Of a DNA stretch of 17,949 nucleotides, positions 1 through 9,557 are shown piece after piece. Origin of the DNA: Octopus sinensis. Taxonomy: Eukaryota. The translations under genes and the position numbers were made by a program. The stretch covers positions 1-17,949 of the forward strand of contig NW_021824633.1 in assembly GCF_006345805.1 (NCBI RefSeq), read 5' to 3'. Within the stretch, counting starts at the first letter, position 1, and every line of letters begins with the position of its first letter. The notes below the pieces were generated by a model. That model saw nothing but the letters and a program-made list of their open reading frames with translations. It had not been told where the DNA came from and did no database searches.

Positions 1-184
1 ATCCACCAAACGCAAGATGAAAAGAGTTGTAATTAAATATTTTGTGTGTGTGTGTATGTGTTTACATTCGCAACAGCTGTACAAAAGTGCAGCAGGTAGT
101 ATCATGTCAGCTTTTCATGCCATTGAATCATCTGGGAATTTTGTGCCTTTGAAACCATTTGGAGTAAGTGGTCCTATATTTGAA

Positions 185-288
185 AAACAGATAAGAGTTA
201 GCATCAAGAAAGGTATCCAATTGTAAAACAATGCCTCAAATAACATACTCATCCAACCCATGCATGCATGGGAAAACATGTTAAACTA
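185..288 (+). mobile_element. 3' fragment of RTE-tail SINE/LINE
   Basis: Matches the reverse complement of the tail seen at 5760-5940, 12407-12500 and 15115-15200 (agttagcatcaagaaaggtatcca...catccaacccatgcatgcatggga...gttaaac). Confidence 0.6.
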
Positions 289-419
289 ACAAACAAATTT
301 TAATGAATGCTCCACTATCATTCATCTGCATCAAAACATCTAACATAGATGTTAGGCTACAAATTAAAGGCTGGAGAGAGAGGTGTGTGTATGTGTGTGT
401 GTATATATAGAGAGTTTGT

Positions 420-569
420 TGATTTAATTGATCCTCTTCTCAGAATTTAACTGGGGATTTATTTTTGTTGACCCCTTGAGAATGAAAGGCAGTGTTTGAA
501 ACACAGGATATAAAGAGTTGGAACAAATATAGCAAGGCATTTTATGTGATGCTCTACCAATCCATTGCC
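420..569 (-). mobile_element. old tRNA-head SINE (H1-related), degraded
   Basis: Minus strand reads ggcaatggattggtagagc...gcctttcattctcaaggggtcaacaaaaataa, similar to the head and core of the copy at 15242-15468. Confidence 0.55.
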
Positions 570-573
570 CTAA

Positions 574-2090
574 TGGAGTACCTCAATAATTTCAACCCAG
601 CTATAACCCGAAACCATGGGTGGAGTGCCATTCATCATTGGTTTGCTAGATCAGTATATCGATTTCTATGAATGCTAGTATTTTGTTAATACTTGGTCTA
701 CCAAGCTCCTGAAATGATGAGAAGCTTTGGCAGGAACTGAACTCAAAAGTGTGAAAGAATCCAATGCTGTTACCGGTTCTGCTATTTACACAAAAAAACC
801 TACCAAGAGATGTTGAAACTATCAAGACATCATCGAAAGTTGGTGACCATATGTGGATCGATGCAATTGTTGAGAAAAGTGTTTCATCTCTAAGCTGTGG
901 GAAGAAACTGAGGTACAAAATAGATATTGAAGAACAAAACTGGAGTCAACTGCAGCAATAATAATAGGTCAAGCAGAAATTAACCAACTTGATTGCATTA
1001 CCCGATAGACACGCACAACGTATGGTGTCCTCCACCCTAAGGCGAATGAATACAGGCTCTACATAAAGAGAGGTAAAGGTGGACATGAGCTGATTAGCAC
1101 ATGGGAGTGCATCAACAGTGAAAGAAGAAACATGGCAAGATATTTGGTAAACAGCAAACAAGACCTGCTACAGTATGCTGCTTATGCAAAAGGAATTAAA
1201 AAACCTGGAGTTGAGAGTGCTTATGAATTACAATCAAGAAAAGCCGAGAGAGAAGAAACCCTAACCTGTATGGAATTACATGGTCAGTTCTACCATGAAA
1301 CCAACAAATTAAAAGACCAGGAAGCATCATGGAAGAGCTCAACAAGGGTAACCTAAAAAAGAATACTGAAAGCCTAATCATTGCTGCCCAAGACCAGGCA
1401 CTGAATACCAACTCAGTGGAAAAGAATACATACCACACAAGTATGACAGACCTCTGCAAAATGTGTGGGAAGAGGGTCGAAAGTGTGACTTACATTGTTA
1501 ATGCTTGTGAAAGTCTTGTGCAGAAAGAGTACAAGGTAGTCCAAAACCTCCACTGGCTACTATGCCATAAGTATGGAGATGAGGTTACAGGCACTTGGTA
1601 CTAGCATACACTGGAAAAGGAAATGGACGAAAAGGGAAAGGCAAAAATTCTCAGTAACTTTGACTTCCAGACAGACAAGGTATTAGAGCAACGAAAGCCG
1701 TTTGCAGTAACCTTTAGGAGGAACAAACAAGAGTGCCTAATAATTGACATGGCAGTGCCAGGAGATTAACATAACATCATGAAAGAAAAAGAGGTTGATA
1801 AATTTGGAGATCTGAGAATTGATTTTGCTAAGATGTGGCAGCCACGAGAGTCAAACATAAAGGTTATCCCTGTTGTCATCAGAGCATTGGGTTCAATACC
1901 ACCTAATCTAAAAAAATTTTTAAATACCCTACAATGAAGGTGTATTGCAAAAGCATTACTTGGAACTGCACACATATGTAAAGTATTGTCTGTCTGAGGA
2001 CCTTGCTGTCACTTGACAAACAGTACAAACCCCGGTAGACAAAATATCTTCAATCAACAACCTCACAATATTGTATACTGTGTGACATCT
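574..2090 (+). mobile_element. R4/Dong-like non-LTR retrotransposon relic (RLE endonuclease type), probably internally deleted
   Basis: Protein motifs in 895-1997, a ~95 bp 3' UTR, then an (AAT)n tract from 2091. The 5' boundary is inferred from weak N-terminal similarity at ~620-830 and is uncertain. Confidence 0.85.
895..1997 (+). pseudogene. Disrupted ORF (RT thumb/linker, CCHC zinc knuckle, restriction-like endonuclease) of an R4-clade element
   Basis: Hand translation across stops and frameshifts gives YGVLHPKANEYRLYIKRGKGGHELI (HPxADxxRLYxxRxxGGRGL-like), LHGQF, ESLIIAAQDQALNT, CKMCGKRVESVTYIVNAC (CCHC with H>Y), KILSNFDFQTDKVLEQRKPF (PD>PF), CLIIDMAVPGD, KEVDKFGDL, VIPVVIRALGSIP and LLGTAHI, ending at TGA 1995-1997. 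In-frame stops include 1602 and 1767; there is a frameshift near 1330-1355. Confidence 0.9.
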
Positions 2091-2140
2091 ATAATAATAA
2101 TAACAATAATAATAATAATAATAACAATAATAATAATAAT
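2091..2140. repeat. (AAT)n microsatellite shared by the LINE 3' end and a SINE tail
   Basis: Read directly; interrupted by aac units. Confidence 0.95.
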
Positions 2141-2200
2141 TTCAAATTTTGGCAAAAGGCCAGCAATTTCAGGGAGGGTGTAAATCAATTACATCGATGT
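2141..2200 (-). mobile_element. SINE 3' fragment (H1 family, tail T1)
   Basis: ttcaaattttggcaaaaggccagcaattt matches 2647-2680 and 2891-2920. Confidence 0.75.
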
Positions 2201-2313
2201 CATTCCCTGAAAGTTTCATGAGAATCCATCAAGCAGTTTTTGAGATATCTTGTCCACGGACAAACAAACAAACATGACTGAAATTATCTCTGCCTTTGCT
2301 AAGACAGAGGTAA
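2201..2313 (+). mobile_element. Helentron/HINE (DINE-1-like) 3' end fragment
   Basis: agtttcatgagaatccatcaagcagtttttgagatatc, then (CAAA)n, then a terminal hairpin ctctgcctt-tgct-aagacagag (2288-2309). This layout is typical of non-autonomous Helentron/Helitron ends; recognised from pattern only. Confidence 0.5.
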
Positions 2314-2353
2314 TAATGACAACAACAATAATTATTATAATGATAATAATAAG

Positions 2354-2610
2354 CCTTTCTACTATAGGCAGAAGTCCTGAAATTTGGGGGACTAGTCGAT
2401 ATCATCAACCCCAGTGCTTTACTGGCTTTTATTTAACTGACCCTGAAAGGATGACTGAAAAAGTGCGTAACTGGTACTTATTTAATCGCCCTCGACAAGA
2501 TGAAAGGCAAAGTTGACCTCGGTGGAATTTGAACACAGAACGTAGCGATGGGTAAAATACCGCTAAGCATTTCGTCCGATACGCTACCAATTCTGCGCCA
2601 GCTCACCACC
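2354..2610 (-). mobile_element. tRNA-head SINE (H1 head, tail T2) with duplicated core
   Basis: Minus strand has an A-box-like ctggcgcagaattgg, a B-box-like gtgttcaaattcc, and the tail ...cctatagtagaaaggctt(att)n. A 49-bp-spaced core duplication lies at 2413-2454 / 2462-2503. Confidence 0.8.
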
Positions 2611-2645
2611 ATAATAATAATAATACTAATAATAATAATGACAAT

Positions 2646-2851
2646 GGTTTCAAATTTAGGTACAAGGCCAGTAATTTTAGGGGAATGGATAAGTCAATTA
2701 CATCGACCAACAGTGTTCAACTGTTCCTCATTTTATTGATCCCCACAGGACAGGGTGAAATGACAGAATTTGAACCCAGAACATAAAGACAGCTGAAATG
2801 ATGCTAAGCATTATGCTTGGCATGCTCACAAATCTGCAACCTTGCTGCCTT
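2646..2851 (-). mobile_element. full-length old tRNA-head SINE (H1, tail T1)
   Basis: B-box-like gggttcaaattc on the minus strand; flanked by (AAT)n tracts at 2611-2645 and 2851-2890. Confidence 0.8.
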
Positions 2852-2890
2852 AATAATACTACTACTACTACTAATAATAATAATAATAAT

Positions 2891-2970
2891 TTTAAATTTT
2901 GGCACAAGGCCAGCAATTTAAGGTGAGGGTTAAGTGGATTACATTGCCAAATTCTGTTACCAAACTGGAG
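2891..2970 (-). mobile_element. SINE 3' fragment (H1, tail T1)
   Basis: tttaaattttggcacaaggccagcaattt following an (AAT/ACT)n tract. Confidence 0.75.
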
Positions 2971-3011
2971 AGGGTGATAGACAAATTTGTAATTCATAAT
3001 ACCATATGTAG

Positions 3012-3056
3012 CCTCTATGTGGTCAGTAGACCTGCTAGAAATATCAGCCAAATCTC
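3012..3056 (+). repeat. fragment of interspersed repeat family F
   Basis: cctctatgtggtcagtagacctgctagaaatatcagccaaatctc; homologous to 9358, 13277 and 15987. Confidence 0.7.
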
Positions 3057-3166
3057 ATAGTACTTAACAAAAACAAGACAGATTACATAATGTCATCTAA
3101 CATATTCAGAAAAAAAAAAGATAGGATAGTCATGGTTGGAATACATTTGAGCTAAACATAACATTA

Positions 3167-4098
3167 TGAGTGTGTGTGTGAGAGTGAGTGAGTGAGTGTG
3201 TGTGTGTGTGTGAGAGTGAGTGAGTGAATGAGTGTGTGTGTGTGTGTGTGAGAGTGAGTGAGTGTGTGTGTGTGTGAGAGTGAGTGAGTGAGTGATGTGT
3301 GTGTGTGTGAGAGTGAGTGAGTGAGTGTGTGTGTGTGAGAGTGAGTGAGTGAGTGAGTGTGTGTGTGTGTGAGTGAGTGAGTGAGTGAGTGTGTGTGAGA
3401 GTGAGTGAGTGAGTGAGTGTGTGTGAGAGTGAGTGAGTGAGTGAGTGTGTGTGTGTGTGAGAGTGAGTGAGTGAGTGTGTGTGTGTGTGAGAGTGAGTGA
3501 GTGAGTGAGTGTGTGTGTGAGAGTGAGTGAGTGTGTGTGAGAGTGAGTGAGTGAGTGAGTGTGTGTGTGTGAGAGTGAGTGAGTGAGTGAGTGAGTGTGT
3601 GTGTGTGTGAGAGAGTGAGTGAGTGAGTGTGTGAGAGTGAGTGAGTGAGTGAGTGAGTGTGTGTGAGAGTGAGTGAGTGAGTGAGTGTGTGTGTGTGTGA
3701 GTGAGTGTGTGAGAGTGAGTGAGTGTGTGTGAGAGTGAGTGAGTGAGTGAGTGTGTGTGTGAGTGAGTGAGTGAGTGTGTGTGTGAGTGAGTGAGTGTGT
3801 GTGTGAGTGAGTGAGTGTGTGTGAGAGTGAGTGAGTGAGTGAGTGTGTATGAGAGAGAGTGAGTGTGTATGAGAGAGAGTGAGTGTGTATGAGAGAGAGA
3901 GAGTGAGTATGAGAGAGAGTGAGTGTGTATGAGAGTGAGTGAGTGAGTGAGTGAGTGAGTGAGTGAGTGAGTGAGTGAGTGAGTGAGTGAGTGAGTGAGT
4001 GAGTGAGTGAGTGAGTGAGTGAGTGAGTGAGTGAGTGAGTGAGTGAGTGAGTGAGTGAGTGAGTGAGTGAGTGAGTGAGTGAGTGAGTGAGTGAGTGA

Positions 4099-4130
<32 letters not shown>

Positions 4131-4140
4131 GACTGTGTGT
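3167..4140. repeat. ~1 kb compound (GT)n/(GAGT)n microsatellite
   Basis: Alternating GT and GAGT blocks, a gtgtatgagagaga sub-array at ~3841-3935, and pure (GAGT)n at ~3935-4104. Confidence 0.98.
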
Positions 4141-5290
4141 GTAAGTGTAGGTGACCTGGAGCTAAGCATAACATCTACTATGAGTGTGAGTGAGAGTGCA
4201 TGTGCAAGTGTGTGTGTGTGTGCACAAACAGCCTTAGTCTAGCTGAGGCTTGTTTTGTAAATGAAGAAATGGACTCCAGCAGTTTCCAGTCTAATTTAAC
4301 AGGGTTATGTATTTTACAATTTGTATGTGTGTGTGTAATAAATATTCCATTTTGTACAAAATGTGGCATTACTACATAACAACAGAGAAAGGGATGGTGA
4401 ACAAGTACAGAATGACAGGAGAGAGAGAGAGAGAGGAGAATGAGCACAAAATGGAGAGAAAGAGAAACAATAGAGAAGAGAAAAGAGAAAAAGAACACAA
4501 ACAAGAATGAATGAATTTATTAAGTATATACAAGTATATGTGTGTATACACACACACATTGAACTTTGGCTCTGCAACCTGTCATGTCTATAGGAATTTT
4601 CTAGTAAGTCTTTAAATGAATGCACACATATAGGTGTGTGTGTGTGTGTGTGTGTGACTATGGAGAAACTAGAGATGTATAGCTTCTTATATTTTATTTG
4701 TGTATGTGCAGGCGCACGCATGTCTGTTTATATTTGTGTATATTTATATATATATATTTGCACTTACACACAAATCTCTATCTATAAAATAGAATCCGTA
4801 TATTCTCAGTTTCTACAGAAACCCACAACAGTTGGTTACTGAGGCTGCTTTTAAATCGCAGCATTGAAAAAAAAAAAAAAACAACAACAAAAATAAATAG
4901 AAAGAGAAAACACAAAAAATCTGAAGAATACAAAACTACTTCTTTGAAATTTACCAATTCTTTTCTGGCAATTTCCTATTTAATCTTTCCCCATCCTCCT
5001 GCCAGACATTCACTTTCTAAGTATCTAGTCACATTTTAAACATTTATCATAGAGTCATTGATAAGAAAAACAAAACCGAAAAGAAAGAAAACAAACCCTT
5101 ATTTGAAAGTAAGACAAAAACACATTGTCCTCCGCCCTCTTCCCTGACATACCAAAGCTGGGGTTTCATTAAAATATGACTATTGTTTCCACTTGGCAAT
5201 GATGCGAGACTGTTTTCACAAGGAGGCTGTTTTGTACTGCCACAGCTAACAACAACTCATGGTCTATGTTCGAACTGAAAACATCTTTAA

Positions 5291-5502
5291 CCCTTTAGCA
5301 TTCAAATTTCTTTCTTAAATGTATTATTTATTCACATTGTTTTGAACTGATCGTGTATTATCTTGTAGCTTCAAGATTTCAATGGTGTATTTGTATATTT
5401 TTAGAACGACATTGCGAGACAGGTGTGTGAGGTTGGATCTGGCTAGGTTGAACAGAAAATGTAGAATATTTGGGCTGGATATGGTTGGTTTAAATGCTAG
5501 AG
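5291..5502. mobile_element. piggyBac-type MITE
   Basis: TTAA (5287-5290) + ccctttagcatt...aatgctagag + TTAA (5503-5506). The TIRs are degenerate, start with CCC on the left, and the TSD is TTAA. Confidence 0.65.
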
Positions 5503-5642
5503 TTAATAGCCTTGTCAGTGCGATATAGTCTATGGAAAGCCAGTGGAAGCCTTTTGCATACATGTGTGTGTGTGTGTCCTTTGTCAGTCTGTGCAAACCA
5601 GTATCAAGAGCCTTTATATTGAAACTAATGTAGCAGTTAGAC

Positions 5643-6028
5643 CAGGGGTTCTCAGTTGGGGCCCATACAAGATTTTGTCATTAAAATTTATCTGCAATAA
5701 ACTAGTTATAATTCTACAAACACAAAATATTTTAACAATTTTTTTAATACAGTTCCTAAAAATCATCATCATCATCTTCGTTTAACATACATTTCCCATG
5801 CTGGCATGGGTTGGATGGTTTGACAGATAACTGGTAAGCTGGGGAGCTGCACTTAAGCTCCAATCTGATTTGGCATAGTTTCTACTATGCCCTTCCTAAC
5901 ACTAACCACTCCAAGAGTGTAGTGAGTGCTTTTTACATGCCAGTTCTTAACATTTAATTATAAAAATATAAATTTAAACACCAAATGGCTACGAGGGTCC
6001 ATAGACAAAAAATGGCTAAGAACCATTG
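5643..6028. mobile_element. hAT (Charlie-like) MITE interrupted by a retroposon
   Basis: Left end caggggttctcag, right end ctaagaaccattg; flanking 8-mers agttagac / tgttacat match at 5 of 8 positions. Confidence 0.6.
5760..5940 (-). mobile_element. 5'-truncated RTE-tail retroposon with (GAT)n tail
   Basis: (cat)n + tttaacatacatttcccatgctggcatgggttggatgg; flanked by a 10 bp direct repeat cagttcctaa (5750-5759) / cagttcttaa (5941-5950). Confidence 0.8.
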
Positions 6029-6374
6029 TGTTACATAACATCAATAAGATGAAATTGGTATTGGAGTTGGCCTATCCCAGAAAATACAGTAAATAAGTTG
6101 AATTTTTCATACCAAAAGTTACAACCAAAAAGGTAAGTGAACTTAGACACTAAGATGACTTTGGAGGACCAAAAACTCTTTATGAAATGCAGCAAGATTT
6201 GGAAAGATAGGGACATGGTTTCAATGTCTAAACAACATCAATTTGTATGCTTGGAAATAAGGTAATTGAGTAAAACCTTTGAAAATAATACCACGGAATG
6301 GCTGCAAATCAATGATTGAAATCAGTAAAAGAACAGATGTGTGTGTGCGCATGAGCGTAGGCATGCCCTCTCCA

Positions 6375-6722
6375 ACATCATCTTTTCCACACTTGCATGG
6401 GTCAGATGGACTTTGGTGAGGCAGGATGCCCTTGTTGCCAAGCAAGGTTGTATTTCCCCTTGGCCAGACGTGCTTCCCAAAGAAGACTGGAAACGAACAA
6501 CATTGCTTATATGTTAGTAGTGCTCTTTCGCAACCATCATGTGATGTCAATACAAGAGTGTACACACACAATGATAAGCATTTTCCAGTTTCCATCTACC
6601 AAACCCACTCACAAGGGCTTGGTTGGCTCAAGGCTATTGTCAAATATACTTTCCATAGTTGCCATGCAGTGAAACGGAACCTGAAACTACATGGGTTGGG
6701 AAGTAAGCTTCCTCAACCACAC
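6375..6722 (-). mobile_element. tRNA/CORE-like head SINE (H2) with RTE-type tail B
   Basis: The head at ~6575-6722 is the reverse complement of 7525-7680; the tail is homologous to 12407-12630. Confidence 0.75.
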
Positions 6723-6744
6723 ATCATCATGTGTGTGTGTGGGT

Positions 6745-7009
6745 CAGGGCTGTGGAGTCAAAACAAAAAACTTCAACAAAAAACTCCTCTAATATTGGCA
6801 TCCTGACTGACTCCTTTTTATGTAATTGATTGTGGTCTATATTTCTCATATAGCATATGCATACGCTTGTACTTTGAGTTGGCTTACATGTTACAACTGG
6901 TTTATATTAAAGAATAAATATATTCAGAGTCAGAATAGTTTTCCTGACTGACTCCAGCTACCTCTTAATTGTTTCCGACAGATTCCGAGACTCCGACTCC
7001 ACAGCCCTG
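6745..7009. mobile_element. hAT-type MITE, 265 bp
   Basis: Perfect 15 bp TIR cagggctgtggagtc (6745-6759) / gactccacagccctg (6995-7009). Flanking 8-mers gtgtgggt / atttgggt match at 6 of 8 positions. Internal repeated (ct)gactcc motifs. Confidence 0.85.
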
Positions 7010-7524
7010 ATTTGGGTAACATCAATATAATCTTGTAAATGAATTTGCTCCTGTCAGTTATTTGGAAAGAGTCAGTCTCGGAACTGTAACATACTGAAGG
7101 CATAAGAGAACAATGTCTTCTTGTTAACAAGCCAGCTTCCATTAGAGTCAATTAATGTGTAAATAGCAGCTGAATTCATTTTCAAATTAATTTCTATAAT
7201 CTTGCTTGTATTTTGGCAAAGTATTGCAATAACTCAGTATATGGAGTAATGTTATGTAATGTCCTTGCGTTCACTGCCTGACAGTTGAGGTTAACAAGAT
7301 GGGACATCTAAATAATAAGAAACATTTATCCCTGCTCCGGCAAGAAACGCTCCCCTTTTGTTGGTATAAGAATAACGATGACCATACACATTAGTGAAGT
7401 ATTTAAATGGTGGCACTGACAAAATACCAATGTCAGAACTGGTGAAGCCCTTCCATTCATCTCATTGAGAAAAACCAGTTTTGAAAGTATGAATCCATTT
7501 TAAAGGGTTTTTAGCATCAAATAT

Positions 7525-7970
7525 GAGGTGTGGCTGTGTGTTAAGAAGCTTGCTTCCCAACCACATAGTTCTGGGTTCAGTCCCACTGGATGGCACCTTA
7601 GGCAAGTGTCTTCCACTATAGCCTTGGGCCAACCAAAGCCTTGTGAAAGGATTTGGTAGATGGAAACTGAAAGAAGCCTGTCGTATGTATATACATATAT
7701 ATATATGTACGTATGCCTCTATGTATGTATATATTGTGTGTGTGTGTGTGTGTGTGGCATGCATCTACCCCCCAGCATTGCTTGACAATTGGTGCTGGTG
7801 TGTTTATGTCCCCTGTAACTTAGCAGGTCAGCAAAAACTACTGATAGAATAAGTACTAGGCTTAGAAAAGAATAAGTCCTGGGGGTTGATTTCTTCAAAT
7901 GAAACCCTTTAAGGCAGTGCTCCAACATGGCCACAGTCAAATGACTGATATAAGTAAATGAATAAAAGAA
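7525..7970 (+). mobile_element. full-length tRNA-derived SINE (H2 head, tail A)
   Basis: A-box-like tggctgtgtg (7531), B-box-like gggttcagtccc (7573), CORE-like caccttaggcaagtgtctt, internal TA/GT microsatellite; homologous to 10433-10798. Confidence 0.9.
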
Positions 7971-7975
7971 CATGA

Positions 7976-8245
7976 AGGCACATGACCCTGTGGATAGGGA
8001 ATTGCACTCATGACTGCTAGTGCAAGTGTTCAATTCCCAGACCAAGCAGTGCATTGTGTTCTTGAGCAAAACACTGCAATTTCACGTTGCCCCAGTCCAC
8101 TTAGCTGTAAATAGGTAACCCCTTGTGACAAAGCAGCTTTCCACTCAGGAGGAATGTTGGCCTGCTGGCCAAGTCAGTGGGGTGGCACCATTCAAAAGCT
8201 AAAACAATGTAAAGTGCATTGTGACCAGTAAGGTATAACATTACA
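7976..8245 (+). mobile_element. tRNA-derived SINE of a third head type
   Basis: B-box-like gtgttcaattccc (~8026-8038) followed by a core-like ttgtgttcttgagcaaaacact...ccagtccacttagctgtaaataggta. Confidence 0.65.
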
Positions 8246-8424
8246 AGATCATGATATACACACATATACATTCTTTTTGTACCTTGAGGGAAAATTCTGA
8301 TACTTCGTCTCAACCATCCCCTGCCTCTTTCCCACTGGCATAGCCATGTCTTCTCTACAGCAAGACCCTTGTTGCTGTCCTTAACACTTAACACAAAGCT
8401 ACTGCCCTCAACACTGCACCCTTA

Positions 8425-9126
8425 CTTCCACTATTCCATGCTAGCTTCGGTTGGACGGAATTTGAGGCAGGTTTTCTATGGCTGGATGTCCCTTCAGGTC
8501 ACCAACCAGCCCTCACCTGTTTCCATCATCATCCATCATCTAGTGTTTTAAATCCAGGTTTTGTCCCCATTAACAGGGGTGGGCCGGATCTACCTCAATG
8601 CCATAGTAACTGAGGTAAGCAGGTGCAGCCCACCCCAACCTTTGGGCTGGCTGGTTGGTACCCGTTCTCCTTTGCTATCATGAGGCTTTTTTGGACCTGG
8701 ATTTTCTACGGGGAGCATAACCTCAGTTTCTAGACATGAGTGGTCCTGAGACCAAGGCTCCTACCACGATTTTTAAGAAATGTGGTAGAAAACTAGTTCA
8801 GGAAGGCAGGGACGCTACTTACTGAGACCCCTTTGGGACCATCCCTTACTATATGCGAGTGAGATAAATCAAGTACATTTCAAGTAAGGTAATATTACCC
8901 CATGGCCAGACTTATTCACATGAAGATTGGGAATGAAGAACACTTCATGTGTGACAGTGATGCTTGCTTACAAACACTGTACGATGTCAAGACAATAAGT
9001 AACACACACGCACAGAGGGTCTTTTTCAGTACCTTGCCAACGAAATCCACTAACAAGGCTTTGGTCAGCCTGGAGCTACAGTGGAAGACTCCCAAGGTAT
9101 CATGAATTAGGACTGAATTTAAAACT
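8425..9126 (-). mobile_element. H2/tail-B SINE split by an insertion at 8526-8877
   Basis: cctcacctgtttcca (to 8525) resumes as tttcaagtaaggtaatattacccc (from 8878). The sequence is contiguous in other copies, e.g. ctgtttccaagcaaagtaatatttcccc at 15213-15240. Confidence 0.8.
8526..8877 (-). mobile_element. unclassified ~350 bp retroposon with (GAT)n tail
   Basis: Begins with tcatcatccatcatc (a GAT-type tail on the minus strand), interrupts a SINE, is richer in GC than its surroundings, and contains nested inverted repeats. Confidence 0.65.
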
Positions 9127-9357
9127 TCTAAAAGGAATCTCAGGAATTGAAAGTGCTAAAAAGGTAGGAGGATAGGCTGTGACCAGCATGGTGTGATGAA
9201 GTACATAATGCTTCTCAACTGAAATCAGGTGTGTCTTAAGTGAAGGAAATTCTAGGAAGAAATGGGATTCACTACTTAGTGGGAAGCTGTAGAAGATATT
9301 CATTATTGAAAGACCAATTCAACAATGTGAAAAGGAGAAGTCAATAAGGGAACCACG

Positions 9358-9511
9358 ACATGGTTACTTGCCCAGCTAGATATAACAGCCAGATCTCCCT
9401 GAAATCACATAGTTTTAGAGACACTGTGTGTGAAAAATGGGCTAATCACAGTTAGAATGCTTTTGATCATGGGTCTGCTGGGTTAGAGTTGACCCAGAAC
9501 TCATCAACAAC
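9358..9511 (+). repeat. family F repeat with (CAA)n tail
   Basis: gctagatataacagccagatctccc...gaatgcttttgatcat...gttgacccagaactcatcaacaac; homologous to 15987-16235. Confidence 0.7.
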
Positions 9512-9557
9512 AGTTTCAATGGGTTTGAGAGAAGTCAAGTAACTGTTAGATATTTGA

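Noticed and set aside
764-961. ORF 764-961 as an independent gene
   Set aside because: It lies within the decayed retrotransposon, spans the putative deletion junction, and has no independent support.
3093-4174. 358 aa and 336 aa His/Thr/Ser/Leu ORFs
   Set aside because: They are translations of the (AC)/(ACTC) microsatellite, which lacks stop codons by composition.
6125-6140. Consensus splice donor aag|gtaagt
   Set aside because: No matching acceptor or open reading frame upstream.
7525-7600. tRNA genes suggested by A/B boxes (also 8000-8040 and 15242-15320)
   Set aside because: No cloverleaf; the boxes run on into SINE bodies that are repeated in the window.
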